Below, piece after piece: positions 36,201 to 45,712 of a stretch of 64,000 nucleotides of DNA. Position numbers and translations under genes: made by a program. Within the stretch, counting starts at the first letter, position 1, and each line of letters opens with the position of its first letter. The notes beneath the pieces are model-generated. The model was given only the letters and a program-made list of their open reading frames with translations, made no database searches and had not been told where the DNA came from. The stretch is from the IMG/VR virus record IMGVR_UViG_3300026557_000002, positions 1 through 64,000 of that record. One strand, written 5' to 3'. Source of the DNA: a virus.

Positions 36201-37001
36201 GGTCTGGATGTCTACATGGGAGAGATGTTCTTCTTTTCCGCAGACAACCAATTGATGCTCTTGAGCCCGAGTTTGAACGCGTCTACATTCGGATTCGCTT
36301 TAGGAGATCAGTTCGCAAATCAGCCCTCCTCAGGTGTATCAGACACGACTTGGAATCCAGCAACCGCATATGTCGCTGTTCTGCAATCCGGCGTTGATAA
36401 TGCGTTATTCGTTGGAGATGGTGCGACAGGATGGTATCGTTGCAATCCTCACCAAGTTCCGGGAGCAGGACAAGGCCCGCAACCGGTTTGGAGCCCGTTC
36501 GCCAATATCACGGGCGGCGCGAAGATGCTGTACACGACCGAGGTTCTGCCGGGCATTAAGAAATTGCTCGTAGGATCTCCGAGTCCGAACAAACAGATTC
36601 TTGAGCGCAGCTTGACCACGTTTACGGATAACGGTACGCCGTACGGCGCGTTCTTCATTATGGGTAGCATTATGTTGTGCCATCCAGGCGAGCTCGCTTT
36701 GCTTAAGTTTATAGAATTGGATATGAGCGGAGTCAATTATCAGCCGACGGTTTCTTATTTACTGAACGAGATCAGTGGAGTTTTTACGCCATTTACACGC
36801 GCGCCACAAATGGATCCTCCCTCCATCTATGGGACAACGACAGTGGCAGCATCGTATTCTCCGAGCCGATACTATTTTCTAGGAAATGCTAGTCTGGCGA
36901 GAGCCCGCCATATGCAGATACGCGTAGATTTAGGAACCACAACGACTGGAAACGAGGTTTTTAACCTTACTTTGTGCGGTAGAATTATGGTGGAGACGTA
37001 A
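33285..37001 (+). CDS. Large tail (nozzle/tubular protein B-like) protein with internal Trp-containing repeats
   Basis: N-terminal N......L.RRPG; ~5 W.A.T...G.SG..P.W...G..T.DG..W repeats; beta-propeller-like C-terminal region. Confidence 0.65.
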   Translation: MPGLLQQAGAQPQKQPKWIPLFIDRSMTGIYTQRNPLHDPSDTVTAKYYGGRPDALWMGSNIELTNRLTLQRRPGLIPFSTDLYPTAPNRTFAFELTDGTIRVVVDSGSTGVLAITSVGTASGTTTYTGVFPAAALNAYANLIVQITGFVTNPSNNGTYTVVSSTATTLTVNNPNGIAETHAATAISAGAVYWDIQNGQTTLLFAKSPGAGQTYFVAVNGILYMGDGVDTKVWVPLNTGPNGTIFGFGLPTPTVAPTVVITESGSASVAWIASTVFSTMGLVFDSGTGDMFQLQSVNASTTNTTQVGTSGSGQPPWNQVPGGTTADTTGGGNITWTNKGPIVAWTANTVYNNGTVGGTLVNPCVIFDPVTKAVYIQSSAAANGTSGHTVPTFKKALGQHTNDGSCVWIWIGPGIANAGLAPWLPSTAYPKVGTVSNNDAATGIVEPSGLTAGLPAAPTILYFQASGGGTSGSGYTPFGTSALAAGTLVTDNDLVWMSLGSFTWTGTTAFSAWSANGTPFSAIVDSNNNYQICIQTGVSAGSQPTWGIGYGVTTNDGTVVWVNAGDAMTWATNTKWFLPTQGFFPPTGATPFGGASIIDTNVPPDVEFVVNSGKSGAVQPTWGAIGTYLDDNGTSFTLSQVTVSGTTTTYTGVGLAGLSGQQLIISGFTNAGNNGYVVAQAGATSTTFTVTTTSQVNETHAGVAKNGLIWFNEEAFSAQSLAFTKGYSYAYSYKSRSLTDFYSVNVPGTSQPPIPPGLSAPLPAPTGSLTGDVSSASPATVTPAGPNPGAVLTISGPVSSNPAVDTIVIWRSADGGGTPNMFELTEIPNSPNAGNGQWSFRDFLPDTPTTIGGVSYPGLNELIDAPINGVNNPPLSGFLPMAYNFTRIWGSVGSTVYFSGGPDTIALGAGNPNSSFNIADNLPFLATVVRLVKTPQGLVTFLTDSIEIIAGGPATGSFYSVTLAPGIGLGNYNGLDVYMGEMFFFSADNQLMLLSPSLNASTFGFALGDQFANQPSSGVSDTTWNPATAYVAVLQSGVDNALFVGDGATGWYRCNPHQVPGAGQGPQPVWSPFANITGGAKMLYTTEVLPGIKKLLVGSPSPNKQILERSLTTFTDNGTPYGAFFIMGSIMLCHPGELALLKFIELDMSGVNYQPTVSYLLNEISGVFTPFTRAPQMDPPSIYGTTTVAASYSPSRYYFLGNASLARARHMQIRVDLGTTTTGNEVFNLTLCGRIMVET

Positions 37002-37009
37002 AAATCGTC

Positions 37010-37396
37010 TTGACAAAGCGATTAGTTTTGGGATACAATATTACTAAGGGCGGAGACGGCGGTCCCGGCTGGCAAAAAGGTAGAAAACTGTCTGTTGAGA
37101 CTAAAAAAAAGTTAAGTGACATAAATCTCGGAGAAAATCATCCGAAATGGGGCACGAAAGACTCTTTAGAAACAAGAAAGAAAAAGAGATTCGCTTCTTT
37201 AGGTAATAAATCAAATACGGGTAAGAAATTTTCAACTAGCCACAAAAGTAAAATAGGCTCGGCACAACAAGCCGCTTGGGATGGTTATAGCGCCAAACAA
37301 AAACTAGAAAGAGGAAAAGCCATGTCTCTCGGTTGGGCGCGCCGTCGCGAGAGATTAAAGAAAGGAAAATGCAAGAAGATAAGCCAAAGACAATAG
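37010..37396 (+). pseudogene. Truncated GIY-YIG endonuclease remnant (NUMOD3 only)
   Basis: Begins at GYNITKGGDG directly after a TTGACA box; the catalytic GIY-YIG part and the RBS are absent. Confidence 0.65.
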
Positions 37397-38481
37397 CAGA
37401 GGAAGCCGGCCTACCCGAAAACTGGGTTCCCAAGGACTCTGCACCTATCATCCCCGGCGCGCCCTCATCGGATCAGCAACAAGGCCCGGGTTCGTATTTT
37501 GCCGGTCCCTTATCTTCTAACTTGCAACACGATGCTGCTTTTTATAAAACAAGATACGGCGGCTCAGGTGCTCCAGAATTTCCTTTGATGCCTTTGGCGC
37601 CATCCGGAAATCCGTCAGTCAATGCCGGTACGACTAGCATCATTAAGAATACACAAGTCGTTGAAGGTCCAGGCGTCCTTTTTGAGACAAACGGGATCAA
37701 GGATCCGACTCAAAATCTTAAGAACTTTATTGCTGGTACAGGCATAACTATTAACGAAGATAACGTCGGGAATAAAACGTTCGCGGCTACCGCTCAAGTG
37801 TCTACTCCGTCTATTCCTCTTCCGAATAGTGGCCTTTATTTCGAAGCTAGAGCGATTGTCGGTCAGACTGGGCTTCAAACTATTGGAGACGCTTCTACTG
37901 CTGTTACCAGCGGAGGAACGGTTGCTATAAGTAACGGAGCTTTTCCTGTTTCTAACTTGGGCGTGGCTATTCCTGTAGCCGTAGCCAGTGGAGCAGGTTC
38001 GGCTTATGCCGGTTGGACACCTATAAATATTGCCAACAACGCCAACGGCATATTTAGAGCCGGGCGTAATTGCCGGTACCAAGCACGTATTGCGACTCAA
38101 TCTCTGGCATCCGTCATAACTTTTTTGGGATTCTCAACAGGCGACCCGTCAACTCTCCGGACTTTCCCTTTTGTTGGCTCGAATCATTATTTAGGGCTGT
38201 ATACTCCCGGATTAGGTATCACGGACAATTGGCATGCCACCATCAATGGGTCATCCGTTGATACCGGGGTACCGATTACGACCGGAAGTACGTTCGTGGA
38301 AATCGTGATGAATGACATCGCCAACACTACATCATTTTCTGTGAATGGCGGCGCTCCCACAGTCATATCCGGGTCAAATCCAAGCGGGTTTAATTGGTCT
38401 CCAACGATAACCTTTGCGGTGAATGGCAGCTGCACAATAAATTTTGATATACAGTATTTCTATGCCCAGCAGGATTTTTAA
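37369..38481 (+). CDS. Putative tail fibre/virion protein
   Basis: ATG at 37369 after AAGGA; NF.AG.GITI linker; lectin-like C-terminus. Confidence 0.65.
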   Translation: MQEDKPKTIAEEAGLPENWVPKDSAPIIPGAPSSDQQQGPGSYFAGPLSSNLQHDAAFYKTRYGGSGAPEFPLMPLAPSGNPSVNAGTTSIIKNTQVVEGPGVLFETNGIKDPTQNLKNFIAGTGITINEDNVGNKTFAATAQVSTPSIPLPNSGLYFEARAIVGQTGLQTIGDASTAVTSGGTVAISNGAFPVSNLGVAIPVAVASGAGSAYAGWTPINIANNANGIFRAGRNCRYQARIATQSLASVITFLGFSTGDPSTLRTFPFVGSNHYLGLYTPGLGITDNWHATINGSSVDTGVPITTGSTFVEIVMNDIANTTSFSVNGGAPTVISGSNPSGFNWSPTITFAVNGSCTINFDIQYFYAQQDF

Positions 38482-38912
38482 TGACTAGACTCGAAGCGAT
38501 AACAGTAAACTATCTGGATAAAATTCAAACATGGATTCAGGCGGACCCGTTTCATCGAGACAGTCCCAAGAATCAAGCCGAGGCACTTCTGACCGGTAAA
38601 GGGTTGTTGACGTTCCGCATCGTCGATGAAATTGGGGATGTGATGTTCGTTCGTCTGGATGCCGAACAAAATATGGTTCGGTGGTCGGCGCAATTCGGAC
38701 CGCAAGAAGAAGTCAGTAAGCGGCGAGTCATAGGCGCGCTTCTGAAGGCGGCTATTCCAGCGGTCTTGAAATTTAGTCAAGATAAGGGATATAAAGGCGT
38801 TGTGTACGAGTCCGTGAATCCTCCTCTGATACAGTTCATGAATAAGCAAGGATTTAAATCGGTAGGCGGCGATGATTACGCGCTTATCTTCGAGGGCACA
38901 TGTGCAGCATAA
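38481..38912 (+). CDS. Hypothetical protein (GNAT-like, precedes the ejection genes)
   Basis: Position; N......F..K.GF motif. Confidence 0.5.
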   Translation: MTRLEAITVNYLDKIQTWIQADPFHRDSPKNQAEALLTGKGLLTFRIVDEIGDVMFVRLDAEQNMVRWSAQFGPQEEVSKRRVIGALLKAAIPAVLKFSQDKGYKGVVYESVNPPLIQFMNKQGFKSVGGDDYALIFEGTCAA

Positions 38913-39592
38913 CTGATCTGTTCGGCGGACCGAGCAAACAAGAAGAAGGTTTGGCTAATCAGGCAGACTCGTTTTCCAATGTCCTGCGCGCGAACTACGG
39001 AACTGCCTTCGGCGAACAGCAAGATACGCTTAAAAATTTGAATAGCGAAATCATGAAGATCGAGACCGGTCAAACAGGTACTGGATTTTCAGCTCAAGAA
39101 TTAGCCGCCAAGAATACCGCTGCGATTAACTCTGCTGGAGCGGCATCCAGAAATGCTCAACAAGCGATTGGAAACTTCACTGCCGGTGAAGGTGGCGGCG
39201 GGAGTTCTGGCATTGTATCTGGTGTTCAAGAGCAGTTAAGAGCTGGGGCAGCATCATCCGCAGCCAATGAGTTAGCTTCCGCACAGAACAGCATAACCCA
39301 ACAAAATTACCAGCAAGGTCGAGTTAATGCCGCACAAACAGTAGGTGGCCTCGAGAATCTAGCTCAGGAATACGGCGGAACAGCCGCTAGTGCTCAAGGC
39401 GGAGCCATTCAAGAGAATCAAGCGGCATTCGGTGACGCCGCAAAGATCCAAGAACAGAAGAGTCAAATGCTGTCTCAAATTGGCGGTCTAGTGAAGAGCG
39501 GAGTCGGAATAGCATCTGGCGGTCTGTCGTCTTTGATTTCGCAGGTCAGTCCAAACGCGGATACAAGTTTTCTTGACGCGTTTTCGGGATAA
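38900..39592 (+). CDS. Putative internal virion/ejection protein
   Basis: MC start; Ala/Gln/Gly-rich helical composition. Confidence 0.6.
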   Translation: MCSITDLFGGPSKQEEGLANQADSFSNVLRANYGTAFGEQQDTLKNLNSEIMKIETGQTGTGFSAQELAAKNTAAINSAGAASRNAQQAIGNFTAGEGGGGSSGIVSGVQEQLRAGAASSAANELASAQNSITQQNYQQGRVNAAQTVGGLENLAQEYGGTAASAQGGAIQENQAAFGDAAKIQEQKSQMLSQIGGLVKSGVGIASGGLSSLISQVSPNADTSFLDAFSG

Positions 39593-39600
39593 GAGGGGAT

Positions 39601-42042
39601 ATGGATTTTGATCAAAATAGTTTAGCGCAATTAGCGGAAGCGCCGCCTAATCTACCGACGGCTGATGACATAGATTCGACGAAGTCTGCGACCGCAGCAA
39701 ATATTGCACACGCTCTATCTCAATCAAGTCAAGCGCCTCCTCCGACCCCAAACAACGTCGCACTGCCGACAGACGGCTCCGGTAGTTTTCAAGACAAGCT
39801 GGCTGCGTCTTTGAATAAAGCCAAGCAAGCTGCCGCGCAATCCGGACGAACGCCTAGTTGGGCTCAACTCTGGATGGGCGCCACGACAGACGCCCTTGCT
39901 ACACCGCCGGCTGGTACAGCGCCCGCTTCCGGTGAGTGGGAAAGTGCTTTGGCAAATAGAGATGCAAGTCAGCCTACTCGCGGCTTGCCGCAACCTAAAC
40001 CACGAGGACTCGGAGGTTTGGTTACGGACCAACTCGCTGATGCGGGTGCCGCAGAAGGCGGACACGGTCTTGTGGGCGGCTTTTTGAAAGCTGCAGCAGC
40101 AGGAAAGAAGAGAACGCAGGAAGAACAACAGAACGCTGTTGCTATGGCCTCCGCGAATGCCCAGTTGATTCACCAACAAGCCTTGGTTCATAAGATGGGC
40201 GAGGACGCGGTAGCCGAGCACGTCAAGGACGGGCAGGCGGGAGTAGACGCAATCACAACGCCTCCTCCCGGCGGAGCTTCTGGAACCGTAGACTACAAAG
40301 ACAAGACGTCTGACGAATTGAAGAAAATGATTACGCCGGATCCGACAACCGGTAAATCCGAAGTAGATATGTCCAAGCAGACCGTTTTTGCCACGGGCCG
40401 CAGACTAGTTGGCAAGGACGCGAACGGACTACCCCTGTATCAGACTACCTATACCGTGGTGACTCCTGCGCACGAGGCGGTCGTACAGCCAGATACCGCG
40501 AAACTTCTTAACAAGTATGCGGGTACGAATTATCCTACCGAAGAGAAAGAGGGCGCCGCGAATAAAGGCCTCCAGGTTCTCCCAGGCGCGCAACTAAACC
40601 TCCAACTGCAGCAAGCCTATAACTCCCAAGCTAATGAGCAAAAGCGCGATACGGACTTGAAGAAGCACCAACTCGAGGTCGCAGACGTTAACTCGAATAT
40701 CGCGGCCAAGACGATCGGGCAGAGTAAATTGGTGACGAACGCCCTTCAAGCAGCAACAGCTAGCCCGACTGACCCGTACGCTGTAGTCAAGGCGTACAAC
40801 GCACTCAAGCTGAGCGGAAAATTTGACGACCCGTCCAGTGGTCTAGACGAAGATGCGTACAAGATTTGGGCTGGTGGTGGCGGTAAGGACTCTGAGAAGA
40901 ACTTTGAGAAGATGCAAGACAGCTTCGCCTCCCAGCAACAAAAGAACGCAGATAGTATTCACAGCATCATCGACGAGGTTCGCAAGGACCCGACAAAGAT
41001 CGAGGGACACGTCCCATCAGTCAAGGCTGCGGCTCAAAGCATTATGAGCGACCCGACTAAGTCGGCGCAAGATAAAGCGGCTGCGGCGCAGGTATTCGCG
41101 CAAGCGAAGTCTGTTGAATCTTTTGAACTCGAAATGGATGGAGCTAAGGAAATTGCTAAAGACGAAGCTAAGCAGAAGGCCGCTCAGAGACAAGCGGCTT
41201 CCTCGAACCCGCAAGGACTGACCGGCGAGGCGTTCATCAAGACCTTACCTCCGGCCCGAGCTAATACGTTGCGCGCATTCGCGAACGGCTTGATGGTCTT
41301 GAACCCATCAGCTCTTGAGCGTACAGATAAAGGCCAAGCGTATTTGGATGACGTCTACGCAGCCTATCCTGACCTTGATTCGTCCAAGGCTCCGGCGTAT
41401 GCTAAACTGCGCTCTAACTTCACATCCGGTAAAGAAGCCCAAGGTATTAATGCGGCTAACACATCGATTCACCACTTGAATCTAATGAGTCAGAATCTAG
41501 ATACCGCCACTGCGGGTTGGACAGGTTCCGTTGAGCAATTCTTTGGAGGTAATGCCGCAGGCCGAAAGGTTGCGGATGATGCAGCCGCAGTAGCTGGTGA
41601 ATTAGGTAAATTGTATCAAGGCGGCGTTGTCGGAGAAGCTGAGGCAAAGAAGTGGCAAGAGAAGCTTAACCCGAACGCAGCGGGCATGACCATTAACAAG
41701 TTGAGAACTAACGTCCAGGAATTTACAGAACTTTTGGGCGGAAAACTTGAAGCCTTCCAAGAGCAGTGGGATGACGGCGTCCCGTCTAGATTCATCTCGG
41801 CTCCCAAGGCTATCGCGAGCCCAGAAAGCATCTCAGCTTATAAGCGCATGACGGGTAAAGATCTGAATGTCCATCCGACACAGACTCCCGCAGGCGGAAA
41901 GCCGGGCGATCTCCAAGTCCCCGCCGACCTCGCGGGCAAAGCTTCCGGATTGGCTCCGGGAAGCGACGGCAAGATGTATTTCCACGACGCTTCCGGAAAA
42001 ATCTTGAGAGCGGCAAAGCCAGAGGAACTTCCTAAGGAATAA
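39601..42042 (+). CDS. Putative ejection protein
   Basis: 813 aa, Ala/Gln/Lys-rich helical; position typical of podoviruses. Confidence 0.6.
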   Translation: MDFDQNSLAQLAEAPPNLPTADDIDSTKSATAANIAHALSQSSQAPPPTPNNVALPTDGSGSFQDKLAASLNKAKQAAAQSGRTPSWAQLWMGATTDALATPPAGTAPASGEWESALANRDASQPTRGLPQPKPRGLGGLVTDQLADAGAAEGGHGLVGGFLKAAAAGKKRTQEEQQNAVAMASANAQLIHQQALVHKMGEDAVAEHVKDGQAGVDAITTPPPGGASGTVDYKDKTSDELKKMITPDPTTGKSEVDMSKQTVFATGRRLVGKDANGLPLYQTTYTVVTPAHEAVVQPDTAKLLNKYAGTNYPTEEKEGAANKGLQVLPGAQLNLQLQQAYNSQANEQKRDTDLKKHQLEVADVNSNIAAKTIGQSKLVTNALQAATASPTDPYAVVKAYNALKLSGKFDDPSSGLDEDAYKIWAGGGGKDSEKNFEKMQDSFASQQQKNADSIHSIIDEVRKDPTKIEGHVPSVKAAAQSIMSDPTKSAQDKAAAAQVFAQAKSVESFELEMDGAKEIAKDEAKQKAAQRQAASSNPQGLTGEAFIKTLPPARANTLRAFANGLMVLNPSALERTDKGQAYLDDVYAAYPDLDSSKAPAYAKLRSNFTSGKEAQGINAANTSIHHLNLMSQNLDTATAGWTGSVEQFFGGNAAGRKVADDAAAVAGELGKLYQGGVVGEAEAKKWQEKLNPNAAGMTINKLRTNVQEFTELLGGKLEAFQEQWDDGVPSRFISAPKAIASPESISAYKRMTGKDLNVHPTQTPAGGKPGDLQVPADLAGKASGLAPGSDGKMYFHDASGKILRAAKPEELPKE

Positions 42043-42043
42043 G

Positions 42044-45000
42044 ATGGCTGACCCTCAGACACCTACGCAACAAGAGTACGACCAAGACCAAGGGACGCAG
42101 GGCGTCACCCTTGATATGAGTAAGTCGACTCCGCTTGCCCCTTCCCAGACTGCGCCTCCTGATTCGACAACTGGTGTGACTCTTGATATGAGTAAGTCAA
42201 AGCCTCTAGTCGCGGCATCAGCGGCACCTCCCCAAACTGCACCGGCGCCCTCCAGTCAAGGAGATGCTCACGGCGGAGCAGGTTACGCTGCTATTTACAA
42301 GTCATTGACAGATTTTGCCAAAGCCCGCAACGTTACGATGACGGGTTCCGAAAATCTTCAAGAATTGTATGACAAGGTTAAAAATTTCTCCGGAGCCCCT
42401 GTTCCTCCTGGTTTAGGTCCTTACGAAGGCGAGTATAGAATTGGGCGCGAAGCAATAGATTTCGGAAAAGGCGCGTTAGCTGCTCAACAGCACGAAGTTG
42501 ACACCGGCGTCGCTCAGTACGCTCAGCCGGGATTCATGAACAAGGCTGGCGGAATTATTCGATACGTTCAAGGCGGGATTCCACTTTTAGGACCTCTACT
42601 AGGCGCTATTGAGGACCACCTTTCAAATCGAGAGTATGCGCAAGCGGCTGGCGTCGCATCATCGCTGGCTACGCCCGAGGTAGTTGACAAAGTCGGAACA
42701 AAGATTGTCAACACCTTTAAGACCGCTGTAGACGATACTGCGGCTTTGACTAGAACGCACGACGCCAGGCTGAAAGAACTGGACGTAGCTAGGCAGCAAG
42801 CAGCAGACGCACAGTTAGCTGCGGACAAAGCTAAATTGGCGGAAGGCTCAGCTAGAACACCGCAAGAGATTGAAACAGCCGCTCAGAATACTTCCCAAGC
42901 CCAAACAGTAGCCAGCCAGCAACAAGCTAACTTGTCTAGAGCTGAAGCCGCGGTCAAGGCAGCAGCAGAAGCCAAGGCACAAGCTGCACTCAAGGTGGCA
43001 CAATCCGGAAGACAGATCGCCAATCAAGCGGCTAAGAAAGCCAAAGCAGGGCCAAGTCCCGAAGAAATCGCCAAGTCCAACGCGGACTTCCAGAAGGCTA
43101 TTCCTGCAGGTCCTGGTAAATCCGCTTATACACCAGAAGATTTGAAAGCTGTTAACCCTATTCTTGAACGCCATCACGCGAACACGGCACCCGTTGATAG
43201 CCCTCAGGCCGTCGTAGATGCTCTGGAATCAGATCGCGTTTCCAGAGACAACAAGGTCAAGGCTGCGGTTCAGAAATATTCAGACGAGCCTTTGAAATTA
43301 GCCGATGCGGACGAAAACGCGGTTAGCGTCAAGCAGAAATTGGTCGAAGCGTTAGCGGACGACGAAAAGGTTCGCCCGGGCTTCACCGAAGCCGCTCTGA
43401 AGGAACTCGACAAGTTCAATACCACGGATCCATCGGTTGGCGAGGCAGACGAGCTGCGCAAGACCTTGAACACCGAAAACCGAGACAAGTTAAATGCTTC
43501 GGGGGGTGCTCGAAGTATCGCAGATGCACGCGAGACCGATCCAGAGTTCGCTGCCAGATATGAGTTAGCGGATATCCTGCGCGACGGTGTCTATGGCAAA
43601 TTAGAAGAGAAAGGCGTCAAGGGCGCCCGCGAGAGCCGCCAGCTAGATGCCAGTGCTATCCGAGTACGTAATGCCGCGGAACGCCAAGTCAAGAGAGCGG
43701 ACGTCCAGGCCCGCGGAACCGGTGAGGCTGGCCCAGTGGCCAAGATCGCGTCTAAGGTCGCCAAGACGGTAGGAATCGGTGGTGGCGCCGCTTTGGGCGC
43801 CGCTACAGGAATCCCTTTCGCCACCGAAGCTGGCGCCATCATAGGCGGTTCTGCCGGACAAGCTGCCGCCGATTTCTTGGCTCCGGGCGACTTGACACGT
43901 TCTGAACTGATTCAACGTAGGATGAAGACCATGCACGGCGGGGACGTTCCTACGCTAGATACGAGTGGTGCTCAGCCGAGCGTTTTGCCCGCAGAACCTT
44001 TACCTCCCACAGTTGAGGCTCCTATCAACCCGCGAGAGAATACTGGCCTGCACGCCGCCTTGGCTACACATTTTGATGAGCCTATCGGCGAGACCCCGTA
44101 CAACGAGTTAGAGCAAAGACTGCTTCAGGACATCGCAGACAAGAAGAAATACAATGTTCCTGTCGATCCCGCAGAGCGAAAGCTGAATCTAGAGATTAAC
44201 AAAGCCAAGGTTCAAGAACTCCAAAGAGCCCGCGGACTAGCCGAAGAGCAGGTCAAGGCTCGCGAGAAAGCCAAGGCAGACGTCGAGGCTGAACGAGCCG
44301 AGAAAGAGAAGCTAGGTCTGAAGACTAATCTGGCTACGCCGTTTGAGTCCGAATCGCACATTTCACCAGAAGACGAATTCACCCTACACCATGAATTAGG
44401 CCATCATTTCCAGATCGCTAAAGCAGGATACCCGACGCAGGACATAATCGGTCGCTTGCACGCAGACATCGACAGCGGCGCCCAAGCCCAGGCTCGTTGG
44501 GATGTCAGCGACTTCTTGGACGATAAAGGCAAGATTGACCTCGGCAAGGTAAAAGACAACATTGAAGCCTTGTTGGACATCTTCCATGGCGGTGCCGTAG
44601 CAGACGAGGTTATGCGCGATGTCCCCGTGCATAGAAACAGTGGGGCCAGAACCGATCTGCGCAGAATGAGAACCTTGTTGATCGACGCTGGTTTTGCTCC
44701 AACAGAGGCCGGTCAGCTAATGGGCGCATCCGAAGGCCGCGTCAGACAAGACTTTACAAAGTCCGGAATTCGTGATATATTCCAGAGATATTCGCAGGCC
44801 CGAGAGGCCGGATTGAATCTAGGCCTTTTGATGAGCGAAGAAACATCTGGGCGCGCGATACAGGACTTTAAAAACGCTTTAGAAGCTAAGGAGAACACAG
44901 GTGAGGGCGAAAACAAATCGGCAACTCCTGGAAAAAATCAGCGAGGGGATCGAGAAAGCAACCCCGGAAGAACTGGCGGAGTTCAGGCAAGAGGTAAGGA

Positions 45001-45412
45001 AGCAAACAAATCTGCCCGCTCGACGGGAGAGAGTTCTGGAAGCGGAGCCGGACGAGAAGAACCAAGACTAAAGGCCGCCAAAGCAGAACCGGAAGAGCGT
45101 TTACCCAAGGTCGAGAACCTTAGAGTACCCCAGGAGCGAACAACGGGCGAACATGACGCCGCTATCAAGGAAGGCGGCGGGATTCCCGGCGGGGTTCAAG
45201 AAGGCGACGAAGAGATAGGGTTGAAGGATTTGGTTCTTTTCCACGATCCCACGACGGGCAGCACACTAGCCTTGCCTGTGGACAAGGTCTCGGCGGAGAA
45301 TGTCAAGGCTCAATTGCGCAAGTCTAGAGACATGTATATCGCTGCCGAGGATAAGAAGGCCAAGGTAGCACATCCAGACGACCACGCCAAGAATCATGAA
45401 GGTGAACAATGA
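42044..45412 (+). CDS. Large ejection-type protein containing an M41-like metallopeptidase domain
   Basis: HHELGH...GGAVADE...GARTDL motif series; duplicated GVTLDMSKS.PL at the N-terminus. Confidence 0.6.
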   Translation: MADPQTPTQQEYDQDQGTQGVTLDMSKSTPLAPSQTAPPDSTTGVTLDMSKSKPLVAASAAPPQTAPAPSSQGDAHGGAGYAAIYKSLTDFAKARNVTMTGSENLQELYDKVKNFSGAPVPPGLGPYEGEYRIGREAIDFGKGALAAQQHEVDTGVAQYAQPGFMNKAGGIIRYVQGGIPLLGPLLGAIEDHLSNREYAQAAGVASSLATPEVVDKVGTKIVNTFKTAVDDTAALTRTHDARLKELDVARQQAADAQLAADKAKLAEGSARTPQEIETAAQNTSQAQTVASQQQANLSRAEAAVKAAAEAKAQAALKVAQSGRQIANQAAKKAKAGPSPEEIAKSNADFQKAIPAGPGKSAYTPEDLKAVNPILERHHANTAPVDSPQAVVDALESDRVSRDNKVKAAVQKYSDEPLKLADADENAVSVKQKLVEALADDEKVRPGFTEAALKELDKFNTTDPSVGEADELRKTLNTENRDKLNASGGARSIADARETDPEFAARYELADILRDGVYGKLEEKGVKGARESRQLDASAIRVRNAAERQVKRADVQARGTGEAGPVAKIASKVAKTVGIGGGAALGAATGIPFATEAGAIIGGSAGQAAADFLAPGDLTRSELIQRRMKTMHGGDVPTLDTSGAQPSVLPAEPLPPTVEAPINPRENTGLHAALATHFDEPIGETPYNELEQRLLQDIADKKKYNVPVDPAERKLNLEINKAKVQELQRARGLAEEQVKAREKAKADVEAERAEKEKLGLKTNLATPFESESHISPEDEFTLHHELGHHFQIAKAGYPTQDIIGRLHADIDSGAQAQARWDVSDFLDDKGKIDLGKVKDNIEALLDIFHGGAVADEVMRDVPVHRNSGARTDLRRMRTLLIDAGFAPTEAGQLMGASEGRVRQDFTKSGIRDIFQRYSQAREAGLNLGLLMSEETSGRAIQDFKNALEAKENTGEGENKSATPGKNQRGDRESNPGRTGGVQARGKEANKSARSTGESSGSGAGREEPRLKAAKAEPEERLPKVENLRVPQERTTGEHDAAIKEGGGIPGGVQEGDEEIGLKDLVLFHDPTTGSTLALPVDKVSAENVKAQLRKSRDMYIAAEDKKAKVAHPDDHAKNHEGEQ

Positions 45413-45444
45413 TTTGGACACAAGAAACATCGTATATTTATTGG

Positions 45445-45473
45445 TTGACAAAGCAAGAAATACGTGCTATCTT
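45445..45473 (+). promoter_or_regulatory. sigma70-type promoter
   Basis: TTGACA-17-TATCTT with extended -10 TG. Confidence 0.7.
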
Positions 45474-45520
45474 GATTGAAGCCCTAGAACGTTGGCTAAT
45501 TAGCAATTAAAGGAGACACA

Positions 45521-45712
45521 ATGGCAAAGGGAGCAGGAAGCGGTGATAAGCTGGCTCGAGGTGCGATTCGTGCAACATATACAACCACCGAAGGCGGCGT
45601 TTCGAACAAGAAGTGGGATGATATGTTCGCCGATTATGATCCGGAAAGATTCAAGAAAAACGGGCTGCCCAAAGTCGAGGGCGGCGAGAAAGAGTTGATG
45701 AAGAGCCGGTAA
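45521..45712 (+). CDS. Hypothetical protein
   Basis: RBS AAGGAG. Confidence 0.7.
   Translation: MAKGAGSGDKLARGAIRATYTTTEGGVSNKKWDDMFADYDPERFKKNGLPKVEGGEKELMKSR

Noticed and set aside
26961-38481. Diversity-generating retroelement target
   Set aside because: No reverse transcriptase and no template/variable repeat pair were seen in this window.
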